DNA of 64,000 bases. Source: Cyclobacteriaceae bacterium (GTDB lineage: Bacteria; Bacteroidota; Bacteroidia; Cytophagales; Cyclobacteriaceae). Below, piece after piece: positions 45,503-55,874 of the stretch. Location of the stretch: the NCBI GenBank assembly GCA_028281285.1, contig JANQKF010000031.1:5335-69334 (forward strand). Direction: 5' to 3'. The notes beneath the pieces were generated by a model, which was given only the letters and a program-made list of their open reading frames with translations, did not search any database and had not been told where the DNA came from. A program made the translations under genes and the position numbers. Within the stretch, counting starts at the first letter, position 1. Each line of letters starts with the position of its first letter.

Positions 45503-47916
45503 AAGATCATAGAACAGACGAATTGTTTGGGTTGGTAAGGCAGGTCCCTACAGAACTTTCCACGGAAAGTGTATTGGCAATGATCAAGACTATTCCACCA
45601 GTGCCCCCTGCTAAACCATGGTTCAAGAATTTCAATTTAAACTCAATTATCATGACAACAACAGCCATCACCATAGTGGGAAGTGCCCTGATGTTCTTCC
45701 TCACCTCTGGCGATCCAACAACAGACATTGCAAAATCACCGGTCGAAGAACCTGAAGAAACCCTGGTTCATAAAATCGATACTTCACAGCAAGAAGCAGT
45801 GCAGGAGACCTCTCGAATTAAGGAAGGAACTGATAAAACCGGATTAGCCGAAAAACAGTCAACACCCCCTATTCAAACTCCACCCCAAAACAAAGAAGTT
45901 CAGGACGCAGCTACAGAAATCAACCCTAAGACTCAGCCCGCTGAAGAACCTGCCGTTCAACAGGCAAATCCCGAGGAGGAAACCGAGGCAATGGCAGCAG
46001 AAGACGAAGTATTTCTCGAGAGTCCATCTGAGGGTGAAGCTAGCAGGCCAAGAATTCCATGGAATAAGCTAAGGCAGCTTAAACGTGAGTTTATTCGAAG
46101 TGTCAAAAAGGACAATCTTTCGGTAGGTAAGAAACAATTGAATGTACTTTCCTACACCAATGACGGCATTATTATCAATGGAAAACAGTTGGAAGGATCT
46201 ATGCTTGAGCGATACACAGAACTCATGGCGAAGTACGAGATCACACCTGGCCAATTTAAAAAGGTTGTTACTCATCCCGATTATATTCAGGTGGGTGATT
46301 TCACCGAAGAGGGCTTAAAAGGACAGGCCATAGGTCGCAATATGGACGTAAAGTTCTGGGACCCGAGAGTCAAAGAAAATGATATTTTGAATCGAATGCC
46401 CGCAGATTCCATCAGCTATATTCCACGTCCTACAATCTTTTCTAAATCTTCTGATGATAGCTTAAGAGAAACACGAATATTTCAGACTCAGGGTAAAGTA
46501 AGTGAGTCGAGAGAACGACTGAGGCAGGCCCAGGAGTTTTTTGAGCCCAGTTCAACTACCAACAAGAGTCTTTCTACGGGTAAGGAGGCTGTCACAACAT
46601 ACAGCTCAACGGTAAATGAGCCTATCTCTCTTTCCGGTAAGGATGCCAAAAAGCTGAAAAGGGTTTTGTATCAAAATCTCATTTCCGATGGAATCATTGA
46701 TATGCGTTGGGATAATGTGCGCATGTTAATACCTGCCCGTTCCATTAATGTCAACGGTGAATCCCTATCCGGTCGAATGCTTGACAAGTACAATTCAATC
46801 CTTAAGAGGTTTGATGTGTCCAAGGGCACCGGACACAAAATCCTGATGAATGAAGACTTCATTTTGATAGGAAAGTTCACCAATGAGCGGTTTGACGGTA
46901 CCGCTTTGGGCAGAATGAATTCTGAGAACATTATTGGGAGTATATTGGAAGAAGACTTTGAGAATCTAACACTCTTCAATAATGAAAAGCACGACAACAC
47001 TGCTCTGAAGTCCTTAATTAATGGCAAAAATCACATTGATCCGGAGCACAATGATTTTACTGAATTGGCAACCGAAGAGAGGGACATCTCGCAATTCGAT
47101 AGAATCGAAACAAAGGGAGTTGCTGTGGTTTATCTTACGCATGGACCACATACCAAGGCTAAACTCAAGGTTCGTGGCATGCCTATTAGTGATGTGACCA
47201 CCAAAGTGGTCAATGGTCAACTGCAGGTAGACACCAAGGGCACTCCTCAGGGTGAGTCCATTGAGGTGATGGTTAGTAGTGAGAACATCCGGGAAATTGC
47301 GATTCGCGGTGCGTCTGAGCTGTATTCCGAAAACCAAATTAGTGCGGATAGACTTAAGATTTATTCTGAATATGCCGGAGCGGGATGGATTGATATCAAT
47401 ACCGAAGAAGTTATCGTCAATCTTAGAGGTGGAGATTTGGAGCTGTCAGGTAGAACCAAAGTTATGGATGTTAACCATCTTCAGGATGCCGAATTGGGGA
47501 CGTTCAACTATAACAAGCTTGAAATCGATGGAGATAAAGTTACGACCCCTCTAAAAAGGATAAAGCGGGAAAAGCTTCAGGAACTGAGAGAAGATTTGAT
47601 CAGCTATCTGGGGTCAGATGGATTTATCAAGTACGAAGATGAGAACATCATTGTTGAATTCAGCAATAGTGGTCTAAAAGCCAATGGAAGGACTATTTCG
47701 GACAATAGCCTGATCTACTACCGTAGAATGTTGGTCAAATACGGAATAACACTTCGGGATGACCGCAAGATTTTCATTAAGGGCAAGAAAATCGTGATTG
47801 CTGACCTGGACGATGGTGAATTCAGGTTTGCCGTAGATACAGGAGGCGCGACACTTACCTTCAGTAAGAACAAAAGCTGGAAAAGTATTGAAGAAGAGGT
47901 ATTTAGAGACAATTAA
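45499..47916 (+). CDS. Putative anti-sigma factor: single TM, P/E/Q-rich linker, three ~95-aa repeats and a GIN/DUF2807-like domain
   Basis: Coupled to the sigma gene; TM IIMTTTAITIVGSALMFFL; repeats with (I/V/A)NG..L...L..Y..(M/I)...(Y/F).I; EERDISQFDRIETKG...SGRT region. Confidence 0.7.
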   Translation: MKDHRTDELFGLVRQVPTELSTESVLAMIKTIPPVPPAKPWFKNFNLNSIIMTTTAITIVGSALMFFLTSGDPTTDIAKSPVEEPEETLVHKIDTSQQEAVQETSRIKEGTDKTGLAEKQSTPPIQTPPQNKEVQDAATEINPKTQPAEEPAVQQANPEEETEAMAAEDEVFLESPSEGEASRPRIPWNKLRQLKREFIRSVKKDNLSVGKKQLNVLSYTNDGIIINGKQLEGSMLERYTELMAKYEITPGQFKKVVTHPDYIQVGDFTEEGLKGQAIGRNMDVKFWDPRVKENDILNRMPADSISYIPRPTIFSKSSDDSLRETRIFQTQGKVSESRERLRQAQEFFEPSSTTNKSLSTGKEAVTTYSSTVNEPISLSGKDAKKLKRVLYQNLISDGIIDMRWDNVRMLIPARSINVNGESLSGRMLDKYNSILKRFDVSKGTGHKILMNEDFILIGKFTNERFDGTALGRMNSENIIGSILEEDFENLTLFNNEKHDNTALKSLINGKNHIDPEHNDFTELATEERDISQFDRIETKGVAVVYLTHGPHTKAKLKVRGMPISDVTTKVVNGQLQVDTKGTPQGESIEVMVSSENIREIAIRGASELYSENQISADRLKIYSEYAGAGWIDINTEEVIVNLRGGDLELSGRTKVMDVNHLQDAELGTFNYNKLEIDGDKVTTPLKRIKREKLQELREDLISYLGSDGFIKYEDENIIVEFSNSGLKANGRTISDNSLIYYRRMLVKYGITLRDDRKIFIKGKKIVIADLDDGEFRFAVDTGGATLTFSKNKSWKSIEEEVFRDN

Positions 47917-47943
47917 AAAGAGCGGCTCTAAGCCGCTTTTTTT
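47915..47943. terminator. Bidirectional terminator AGCGGCT-CTA-AGCCGCT
   Basis: Hairpin with A-tract and T-tract between convergent genes. Confidence 0.8.
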
Positions 47944-49324
47944 ACCTTATTCGAATTTGTCGATACGGAAACGCTACAGGAGATTCGTGGCCGTCTTTAC
48001 TTACCGCAGCCACTCCGAAATAATAATTATCAATAACGATTCCTTTCAGAGTATAAGAGTTTACTCCTGATACATAGACAAAATTATCCCAGGTTGGAGA
48101 TGTAGTCAATCGCCAATAGATTTTATAACCCGCCACATTAGGATCTTCTGATTCATTCCATACCAGCGTGGTCGAAGGGCGAACTGCACCTCCAATACCT
48201 ACATTCTTTGGTGACGGGGGTGCCCAGGCTAGGCCCGCCAACGAAATCTCATTAACCGCTGTCAGTCTTCTCGCATATTCAAAATTCACTCCCTCTACCA
48301 CATCCCCATACTTTATACCATTCTCTTCCCGGATATCCTGATGCTGCCGATTATAGTTCTCATGAGCCTCCATAATGCGTACTCCTGCATAGCCTAGGTC
48401 ATTGAACGGCCGATGGTGGCCTCCTCTACCAAATCGATCCAATCGGTAGATCATCATTGGATTCATTTCAGGCATATAGGTTTGAGTTTGTTTATGGATA
48501 TAGCGGGCCAATTGCCGGGAAATACCATCCACTTCTCCCCCGGTGAATCTTCGCGCTCCTCGCTGCCGATCGGTTTCATTGGCCGGTACCGGTTCAGAAA
48601 AGATTCTGAAGGTGCGATTGTCGATCACTCCATCCACACCTTCAATATTTCCAATCATATCATTATTCAGGATTCCAACTATCTCCCAATTGTTGTTTTT
48701 GGCATAATTTGCCAATCCCCTGCCACCAAAAAGACCTTGCTCTTCACCACTCAAACCCACAAACACGATACTGTGCTTAAACTTATATTTCGACAAAACC
48801 CGAGCCGCTTCAATGGTCCCAGCCATTCCGGAGGCATTATCATTGGCTCCTGGTGCGTCTATCTCAAAATTCATTGTATTGGACGCTCGTGAATCAATAT
48901 CTCCGGACATCAATACATAACTATTGGGATAATCCGTCCCTCTAAGTACAGCAACTACATTTACAACATATGCATCATGCGGAACCCTCCTGTTCCCTTC
49001 CTTGGTGACCAAATCCCTTTGGTAGAAGACCTCAAGGCAACCGCCACATTCTGCAGAAATCTTATCAAACTCGGCTTTAATCCACCTTCTGGCTGCTCCT
49101 ATACCTCGTGTATTAGAAACGGTATCACTGAAAGTATTTCTGGTACCAAAGTCGGCTAACTTCCGAATATCGGATTCAATCCGGTCTGCTGAGGTATTGG
49201 CGATAATATCATAAATCCGTTTGTCGATTTGAGGAGGTGCTTCCTGGGCAATACTTTTTTCAACAAAAAACACAGAAGCAAGAAACAATATCAGTAATCG
49301 TGTAGTCTTATAAATGGGTCGCAT
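47942..49324 (-). CDS. M28 family metallopeptidase with C-terminal fibronectin-III-like domain, exported
   Basis: SGDIDSR, APGANDNASG, GEEQG, NNDMIG, GRGGHH, RQHQD; WNES.DPNVAGYKIYWR. Confidence 0.9.
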   Translation of the reverse strand: MRPIYKTTRLLILFLASVFFVEKSIAQEAPPQIDKRIYDIIANTSADRIESDIRKLADFGTRNTFSDTVSNTRGIGAARRWIKAEFDKISAECGGCLEVFYQRDLVTKEGNRRVPHDAYVVNVVAVLRGTDYPNSYVLMSGDIDSRASNTMNFEIDAPGANDNASGMAGTIEAARVLSKYKFKHSIVFVGLSGEEQGLFGGRGLANYAKNNNWEIVGILNNDMIGNIEGVDGVIDNRTFRIFSEPVPANETDRQRGARRFTGGEVDGISRQLARYIHKQTQTYMPEMNPMMIYRLDRFGRGGHHRPFNDLGYAGVRIMEAHENYNRQHQDIREENGIKYGDVVEGVNFEYARRLTAVNEISLAGLAWAPPSPKNVGIGGAVRPSTTLVWNESEDPNVAGYKIYWRLTTSPTWDNFVYVSGVNSYTLKGIVIDNYYFGVAAVSKDGHESPVAFPYRQIRIR

Positions 49325-49546
49325 AAATAGATAATTCCATTGATCAGAGGCTTGAAAGATAGAAAACTATTCAAGTGCAATAAAAAGAAAGGTGATCAGT
49401 GGATAATAGCTGATGTATAAACATACAATTGAAAAATAATTTGGAAAATCCGCTTACCTGAGGTAGGGGTTTGAAGACAATTGAATGTATTATTAATAGA
49501 GATTATTCTAAGAATAAAGAATAATTTTTAGCGATTGGAACCAACT

Positions 49547-49561
49547 TGGTACAATCCTTGT
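49547..49561 (+). promoter_or_regulatory. Sigma54-like -24/-12 promoter TGGTAC-N5-TTGT
   Basis: Matches TGGCAC-N5-TTGC spacing with two substitutions; 32 bp upstream of ATG 49594. Confidence 0.5.
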
Positions 49562-49593
49562 CGTATAAGAAAGAAAGGTTAAGAAACACGATC

Positions 49594-49713
49594 ATGAAAA
49601 AGAGAACATTATTCATTACCGCAGCTGTACTTGCCGCCACTGGCTTAGGTATTTACAGCTTGGCAGGTGGGAAAAAGATAAGCTTGCCAAAGCGAAAGAG
49701 AACGACTAAGTAA
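49594..49713 (+). CDS. 39-aa small membrane/secreted peptide MKKRTLFITAAVLAATGLGIYSLAGGKKISLPKRKRTTK
   Basis: Translated by hand; below the ORF-track cutoff; basic-hydrophobic-basic architecture; A-rich leader and promoter candidate. Confidence 0.6.
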   Translation: MKKRTLFITAAVLAATGLGIYSLAGGKKISLPKRKRTTK

Positions 49714-49855
49714 TTACCGATTCGGTATTTCCAGCCTTTGGGCTGTCAACTATATATCAATGGCCTCGGATTTCCGGGGCTTTTTAATGTCTTTTAACCA
49801 AGTGGCCAAACAATTTCCATTGCTGCGACTTATCTTAGTGCCACATTTCAGTTAT

Positions 49856-50449
49856 ATGAGGAAAATCCTAGTAGTTCTTATCTGCATCATCGGACTATCG
49901 AAGATGGGGCTAGCTCAGACTCCCACTTCTCTACTTGATCCCAGGCGTTATATTGATACTGCCGTTAACCTCATGGTCGTGGAGAAATATCAGGAAGCAG
50001 ATAGCTATTTTATGATCGCCCTTGATCAAATCGAAGTTTTGTCGGCAGACTTCTGCTACCACTTTGGAAAGAATTCCCTCCTTTTGAAAAAACATAAACA
50101 AAGCATCGACTGGCTGAACAAATATTTGGAGCTAAAAGGCTCGCAAGGTCAATACTCCAGGGAAGTCTTCACCCTTTTGGAAAAGGCCGAGGAAGGATAT
50201 CGTGCGGATAGAACGCAGAAATCAAACAGTCAAATCGAGACAAAGTTCTTTTACCAAAATACAGTCGATTGCAATTCTACCTCTCATGTAGTATGCCCGG
50301 TTTGCAAAGGGGATGATGTGATTACGACTATTGACCAACTGGGAGAACGATTATTCAAAACATGCCCGTATTCCTCAGGTGGTAAGCTCACCTGTAAAGA
50401 ATTCAACCTACTCATCCAGGGAAAACTCAAAGCAAAAAATAAACGCTAG
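49856..50449 (+). CDS. Exported TPR-like protein with C-terminal Cys-rich (DnaJ-type zinc-finger-like) tail
   Basis: Signal peptide MRKILVVLICIIG; CPVCKG...CPYS...LTC. ORF track start is 49760. Confidence 0.65.
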   Translation: MRKILVVLICIIGLSKMGLAQTPTSLLDPRRYIDTAVNLMVVEKYQEADSYFMIALDQIEVLSADFCYHFGKNSLLLKKHKQSIDWLNKYLELKGSQGQYSREVFTLLEKAEEGYRADRTQKSNSQIETKFFYQNTVDCNSTSHVVCPVCKGDDVITTIDQLGERLFKTCPYSSGGKLTCKEFNLLIQGKLKAKNKR

Positions 50450-50499
50450 TGCATCTATTGCATTTAGTTTTAGTCTTTTGAGATAAATGGTCTTAGATT

Positions 50500-51201
50500 A
50501 TGTCTCGCAGAAATCGCAACCGCGGATTTATAGATTTTGTCGTTGAATTCATCATCGTTCTACTGGGTATTACTATCGCCTTCTGGCTTACAAATCTGGG
50601 TGAAAAGCGGAAAGAAGGGCAATTGGAAGACACATACCTTAGTCAGCTCAGAGAAGACATTGTTGAAGACATTCAAGCATTAAAATCATCATCCGAGTTT
50701 GATCAATCTAAGGTCAACTTAATGGAGAAGGGTATAAAATATGTTGCCGAGAATAACAACAGGCTAAGGGCAGATAGCATAATTCCGTACGTTCTGGCGG
50801 TGGGTAGTTACAATTTCTTCACTCCAACGGATCAGACTTATCTTACCTTGAGCCAGAGTGGGGACCTGGCGTTGATTCAAAACCAAGAACTAAAAAAGAA
50901 ACTAGTATCTCTCTATCAATCGTATGGGTCGATTAAAACTGAGCAAGGAAATATTATCCAAGCTTTGGACGACAACTTTTTTCCAGAATTAAATAAGGCC
51001 ATAGACCGCATCACCGGAGAACTAAAGAATCCTCGGTTTTTTATCTCACACGAATGCACCAACTACATTGCGTTCATAAGGGATGAAACCAGTCGGCTTA
51101 TGAATTATGGTAAATTCAGTAAAAGGTTAGCTGAGCAGACCCTGGATCTAATTGATACTGAAATAGGACAATCAAATTCGGGAGATAACCCAACGAATTA
51201 A
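50500..51201 (+). CDS. DUF6090-like membrane-anchored hypothetical protein
   Basis: EFIIVLLGITIAFWLTN...YLSQLREDIVED...YLTLSQSGDLALIQN. Confidence 0.7.
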   Translation: MSRRNRNRGFIDFVVEFIIVLLGITIAFWLTNLGEKRKEGQLEDTYLSQLREDIVEDIQALKSSSEFDQSKVNLMEKGIKYVAENNNRLRADSIIPYVLAVGSYNFFTPTDQTYLTLSQSGDLALIQNQELKKKLVSLYQSYGSIKTEQGNIIQALDDNFFPELNKAIDRITGELKNPRFFISHECTNYIAFIRDETSRLMNYGKFSKRLAEQTLDLIDTEIGQSNSGDNPTN

Positions 51202-52041
51202 GCGGTCAATTGCTTCTTCATGGTTATCAGAAAATTCTTGTCTGGCTCTGTTTGCAATAAGTGCGTTAAGGCTCACCATTTTATGCCCTAAAAGGTTTGC
51301 CAGTGCATAATAACCTGCCGTTTCCATTTCGAAATTGGTAAACCGATTCTCCAGCAAATTCAGGGCGGCCAGCTTGTCCAAGAAGTCGCCCACCTTTGTC
51401 TTCAAACGAACCTCTCTACCCTGAGGCGCATAAAAACCTGGTGATGTAACCGTAATTCCTTTCTCGAGATCCTGACCGTATTTTTCGATCAGCTCACTAT
51501 CTGCATAGGCCAGGTAAGGTGTGAATTGAAGCTCCAACGCTTCTCGTATCTCAGTGCAGACCTTCTCCCCTAACCCATCGTTTTCCCAGTTATAAAAAGA
51601 CATCAGAGTATCCAGCCCAACCGCACCAATTGATGCCAAATGAGCATCTAATGGAATATCGGCCTGCATGCATCCGGAGGTGCCTATTCGGATTAATTCC
51701 AAAGAGGTAAGTTCATCCTTGATTGTACGCGATTCAAAATCAATATTAACCAGAGCATCCAATTCAGTCATTACCAACTCCACATTATCAGTACCCATAC
51801 CTGAACTCACCACGGAAACTCGCTTCTCTCCTACATATCCAGTATGTGTAACTAACTCCCTGCTGCTTACCTGATGTTCAATTTTGTCAAAATACAAGCT
51901 AACCTTAGGCACGCGCTCAGGATCCCCAACCAGAATGACGGTATTGGCAATCTGATCAGGTTTCAGGTTGAGATGATAGACTCGTCCGTCTACGAGTATA
52001 AGCTCAGATTCGGGAATACGTGACTTACTCAAATCGATCAA
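51172..52041 (-). CDS. Nucleoside (uridine) phosphorylase family protein
   Basis: YHLNL, VGDPERV, RELVTHTG, SGMGTDN, RIGTSG, GFYAPQGR, NFEMET. Confidence 0.9.
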   Translation of the reverse strand: MIDLSKSRIPESELILVDGRVYHLNLKPDQIANTVILVGDPERVPKVSLYFDKIEHQVSSRELVTHTGYVGEKRVSVVSSGMGTDNVELVMTELDALVNIDFESRTIKDELTSLELIRIGTSGCMQADIPLDAHLASIGAVGLDTLMSFYNWENDGLGEKVCTEIREALELQFTPYLAYADSELIEKYGQDLEKGITVTSPGFYAPQGREVRLKTKVGDFLDKLAALNLLENRFTNFEMETAGYYALANLLGHKMVSLNALIANRARQEFSDNHEEAIDRLIRWVISRI

Positions 52042-52999
52042 GTTTGGCAGGTTCGCGTTTCACCCCTTTATAAGGGTTATAGCTGTTGGTATTCTTTTGA
52101 TAGTATCCCGTTCCATCATACGGTCTTCTTTCCGGATGTCTACGACATTCTTCCGAACAACATCCATCCATCAACCAGCCGGCCTCCTCAGACATAGGAA
52201 TATGGGCGTTACAAACAGGATTAGCACAGTTAACCATTCGGTCAGTCGGAACACCTGTGATATGACATTTCGAAACAATTGATGGATTGACAGTGTTCAC
52301 ATCGGCTACAATACGGTTATCGAAAACGTAGCATTTTCCTTCGAAATCTTCACCTCCGGCTTCAATTCCATATTTGATAATTCCTCCGTGCAGTTGGTAT
52401 ACGTTTTCAAAGCCTTGTTCCAAGAGATAGGCACTTGCCTTTTCACACTTGATACCCCCTGTACAATAGGTAATTACCTTTTTGTCTTTCAGTTCTTCAA
52501 GTTCATTGACCTTTTCCGGGAAATCTCTGAAATTCTCAATATCCAGGGTCAGGGCATTCTTAAATCTACCTACCTTATGTTCATAGTCGCTTCTAACGTC
52601 CAGGATCACCGTATCCTCAGGCTGATCTCTAAGAATCTGCTGAAACTCTTTTGGCTCTACATATTCTCCTGTCCGTTCTCTTGGATTAATATGTCTTAGG
52701 CTCGAATGGACAATCTCCGGCTTCACTCTGACGTGAAGTTTAGCAAAAGCCATTTTATCATGTGATTCCACCTTGAACTCGGTATCCCCAAACCGTTCAT
52801 CTGACTTGACATATTCCATATAGGCCTCACATTCCTCTTTCGTTCCCGAAACAGTGCCATTGAGTCCTTCCGGTGAGATAATGATCCTGCCTCGTAAATT
52901 GAGATCCAGGCATTTCAAATGATGTTCTTCTCTGTATGCTTCGGCATCCTGGATGTCAGCATAACAGTAATAGAGTAAAATTGAATAGTCTTCTTTCAT
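52025..52999 (-). CDS. trhO: tRNA uridine(34) hydroxylase, rhodanese-domain (UPF0176)
   Basis: GRIIISPEGLNGT, LDVRSDYE..VGRF, YCTGGIKCEK, QLHGGI..Y, GKCYVFDNR. Confidence 0.9.
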   Translation of the reverse strand: MKEDYSILLYYCYADIQDAEAYREEHHLKCLDLNLRGRIIISPEGLNGTVSGTKEECEAYMEYVKSDERFGDTEFKVESHDKMAFAKLHVRVKPEIVHSSLRHINPRERTGEYVEPKEFQQILRDQPEDTVILDVRSDYEHKVGRFKNALTLDIENFRDFPEKVNELEELKDKKVITYCTGGIKCEKASAYLLEQGFENVYQLHGGIIKYGIEAGGEDFEGKCYVFDNRIVADVNTVNPSIVSKCHITGVPTDRMVNCANPVCNAHIPMSEEAGWLMDGCCSEECRRHPERRPYDGTGYYQKNTNSYNPYKGVKREPAKLDRFE

Positions 53000-53059
53000 A
53001 ATTCCTGCCCTATTGCTTGTAGGGTGATTTATAAAATAGCGAGTCTATGACCCTTTGTA

Positions 53060-53692
53060 TTAAACTTCTTTGGCCGGATTCCCAAATACAGTTTTACCTT
53101 CTTCCACATCACCGATTACCACTGAACCCGCTCCAATCCTGGCATTTTTGCCTACAGTAACACCTGATACAATTGTACTACCCGCACCTACGAAAACATT
53201 TTCTTCCAATTTAGCACCACTGGAAATCACAGCTCCCGCACCAATTTGCACAAGGTCTCCAAGCTCCGTACTGTAATCAATTGTTGCATTTGTATTAATC
53301 AAACAATGGTTGGCAATTTTGGCATTAGCCCCTACCACTACACCACTGTTGATGAAATTACCATGACCAATATGCGCTGTTGGAGCTATTTCTGTGTTGC
53401 TATGAATAGCATTTACCGGCATCTTCTTTCTTCGTTCAATCATCAGCTTAACAATCCCTTTTCGAAGTTCGCGATCATCTTCCGCAATGAATCCTTCGCA
53501 CTTCTTTCCAATAAGTTTAAGATAACCTTGATCGTCAGTTCTGCCCAATACCGCTATTTCGCCCAACTCAGTACCATGCAGTTTTTCATCATCATCCAAA
53601 AACCCATAGACGACAATATCATTACTCTCAAAAATCTCCATTGCCGCTTGCCCGAGACTGTTCGCTCCAAAAATGATTACCGGATTTTCCAT
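53060..53692 (-). CDS. NeuD/PglD-family sugar O/N-acetyltransferase
   Basis: IFGA..G..A, GFLDD, hexapeptide repeats, GNPAK; TAnnTTTG promoter (TATCTTTG) at 53711-53718. Confidence 0.88.
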   Translation of the reverse strand: MENPVIIFGANSLGQAAMEIFESNDIVVYGFLDDDEKLHGTELGEIAVLGRTDDQGYLKLIGKKCEGFIAEDDRELRKGIVKLMIERRKKMPVNAIHSNTEIAPTAHIGHGNFINSGVVVGANAKIANHCLINTNATIDYSTELGDLVQIGAGAVISSGAKLEENVFVGAGSTIVSGVTVGKNARIGAGSVVIGDVEEGKTVFGNPAKEV

Positions 53693-53756
53693 GCACTAAA
53701 TTTAAGAGTGCAAAGATAAGCGATTAAAAAGTGGAAATGAATATTCCCAGGAACAA

Positions 53757-55034
53757 CTAACTTCGAGTGCCTATGAGTTCTACGCCTATTCCGCAGTTCA
53801 CACAATTCTTAGCTTTGCAAAAATTATTGAACAAGTGAATTAATCCCTGACTATCATAAGCATTTGAGACATTCCAGCCTATCGACTTCCAATGATCTAT
53901 GATATGATTGTTCTCTGCTTTAATGTTCATTAATAACTCCTGGGCCTTGTTCAAGTACCTTTCATCATCGCGGTCTCGCCATAACGCTACGAGAACTGGC
54001 ACTGAAACATTCATGATCAGGTTTTCGGATGCTGCCTTCGAAAGCCTTCCAATTATGCGTTTGGCCCTTTTGCCTACATCATAATGAGTCACCCAATAGG
54101 AAGATTGTTGAACCTGAAACGTGGAGTAGTCGAGATGCTGAGGTTCTGCAAACAATGAAAAGAGGCTTGGATGATTCGTGATAAGAGCCCCAAGCTGACC
54201 AAGTCGAGTTGTCGGATAGTTGCTCGGTCTCACTCTTCCAAAGGTCCATGCATTTCTTGGCAAAGGTTTAGGAAGGTCATACTTAGTTCTGAAAAAGAGG
54301 TAATTCTTTCTGAGCTGATTTACATACTCATCGACTGGTGTTGCAGGCAACAAACCAGCATGACCGAAAAGTAATGATTCAAGTTCAACCAGATTACTTG
54401 AATGCTTTTTCAGAATTTTATGTGATAACCCGGAGGCGAGCTCCAAGAAAGGACTTGCATTTGTTTTAAACCCAAACCCTCCGCATACCCATTGATAGAC
54501 GGCTGCTTCCCAATCTCGGCCATTAGATGATAGTAAATTGAGAAAGTTGGTCGATTTTTCTTCGAGGCGCAATGTAAGAGCCCTCTCGAGAGTACCCAGT
54601 TTTGTTATGGGCCTTATGGACTTAAAGCTATCTTGACACGGTATATTCTTCTTGGAGCTTATAATTCTCTGATACCTTTCTATGACCCCGGGTCTGATTA
54701 ACCCCTTTAATTCCAAAGTTGGAATCTTATCGCCTAACCTACTTAAGACTTCCTGGTCATTTTCCCAAACGACATGGAGTATGACATTGTCATAGTTAGG
54801 ATCCGTTTGGTGTCCATGAGCGTACCAATCAGAGGCTTTTCTGTGGATTTCAACGCTACCATTCCATTCCAGACCATCAAGATGAACTTTGGCCTCCTTG
54901 AAGTCAGGGCCTTCAGCAAGGTTATGCTGTCCTGCTTTAATGATTTGAAGCTGTACTCCTACATCGGTTTCAATATCCGAAGAATTGAAATATTGGTATT
55001 TCCATACAAAATGAAGGAATGATTCTTTGAACAT
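53757..55034 (-). CDS. DUF2851 family protein
   Basis: FLHFVWKYQ, GPDF, GSVEIH..ASDW..HGH..D.NYDNVILHVV, RPSNYPT.RL, C.NC.IG. Confidence 0.88.
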   Translation of the reverse strand: MFKESFLHFVWKYQYFNSSDIETDVGVQLQIIKAGQHNLAEGPDFKEAKVHLDGLEWNGSVEIHRKASDWYAHGHQTDPNYDNVILHVVWENDQEVLSRLGDKIPTLELKGLIRPGVIERYQRIISSKKNIPCQDSFKSIRPITKLGTLERALTLRLEEKSTNFLNLLSSNGRDWEAAVYQWVCGGFGFKTNASPFLELASGLSHKILKKHSSNLVELESLLFGHAGLLPATPVDEYVNQLRKNYLFFRTKYDLPKPLPRNAWTFGRVRPSNYPTTRLGQLGALITNHPSLFSLFAEPQHLDYSTFQVQQSSYWVTHYDVGKRAKRIIGRLSKAASENLIMNVSVPVLVALWRDRDDERYLNKAQELLMNIKAENNHIIDHWKSIGWNVSNAYDSQGLIHLFNNFCKAKNCVNCGIGVELIGTRS

Positions 55035-55058
55035 TTAAGAAGAGATTGACTTCTTAAA

Positions 55059-55874
55059 TTACAAATATTTATCCAGATAATTATTCATTTGAGTCTGTAG
55101 CTCCTTGGCCTTTTCAGCTGCAACCTGAGCAAAATCTTCTTCTTTAGAAGCATAGATAATTCCTCGAGAAGAATTGACCAATAAGCCGCATTGGCCATTC
55201 ATTCCAAATTTGGAGACTTCTTCTAAACTTCCACCTTGAGCTCCCACCCCCGGAACGAGCAGAAAATGGTCAGGTATAATTTCCCGAATACGCTCTAACG
55301 CTTCAGCGCGTGTTGCGCCAACCACATACATCAATTGGTCGCTGCCTCCCCATTCAGCGCTTTTTCTTAATACCTCCTCATAGAGGGTCCCTCCCTTTTC
55401 TAATGTGAGGTATTGGAAGTCCTTACCACCTTCGTTAGACGTTAGTCCCAATAGAATCACCCATTTGTTTTCAAATGCCAGAAATGGACTGACTGAATCA
55501 ATTCCCATATAAGGGGCTACAGTAACAGAGTCGAAGCTCATGTTATCGAAAAAAGCCCTGGCATACATTCCGGAGGTATTTCCAATATCTCCCCTCTTTG
55601 CGTCCGCTATGGTAAAGATATCATCAGGTATATAGTCAATGGTTTTCTCGAGGCTCTCCCACCCTTTTACACCATGCGCCTCATAGAAGGCGATATTCGG
55701 TTTGTAAGCCACGGCATATTCCGAGGTAGCATCAATAATCTGCTTGTTGAATTCGAAGATAGGATCTTCGGCACTTAGTAAATGCTGAGGGATTTTGTTG
55801 ATGTCTGTATCGAGGCCTACGCAGAGGTAAGAGCGTTTTTGCTGTATTTGCTCAAATAATTCGGATTTGGTCAT
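55059..55874 (-). CDS. pyrF: Orotidine-5'-phosphate decarboxylase
   Basis: [41 protein letters not shown]. Confidence 0.97.
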   Translation of the reverse strand: MTKSELFEQIQQKRSYLCVGLDTDINKIPQHLLSAEDPIFEFNKQIIDATSEYAVAYKPNIAFYEAHGVKGWESLEKTIDYIPDDIFTIADAKRGDIGNTSGMYARAFFDNMSFDSVTVAPYMGIDSVSPFLAFENKWVILLGLTSNEGGKDFQYLTLEKGGTLYEEVLRKSAEWGGSDQLMYVVGATRAEALERIREIIPDHFLLVPGVGAQGGSLEEVSKFGMNGQCGLLVNSSRGIIYASKEEDFAQVAAEKAKELQTQMNNYLDKYL

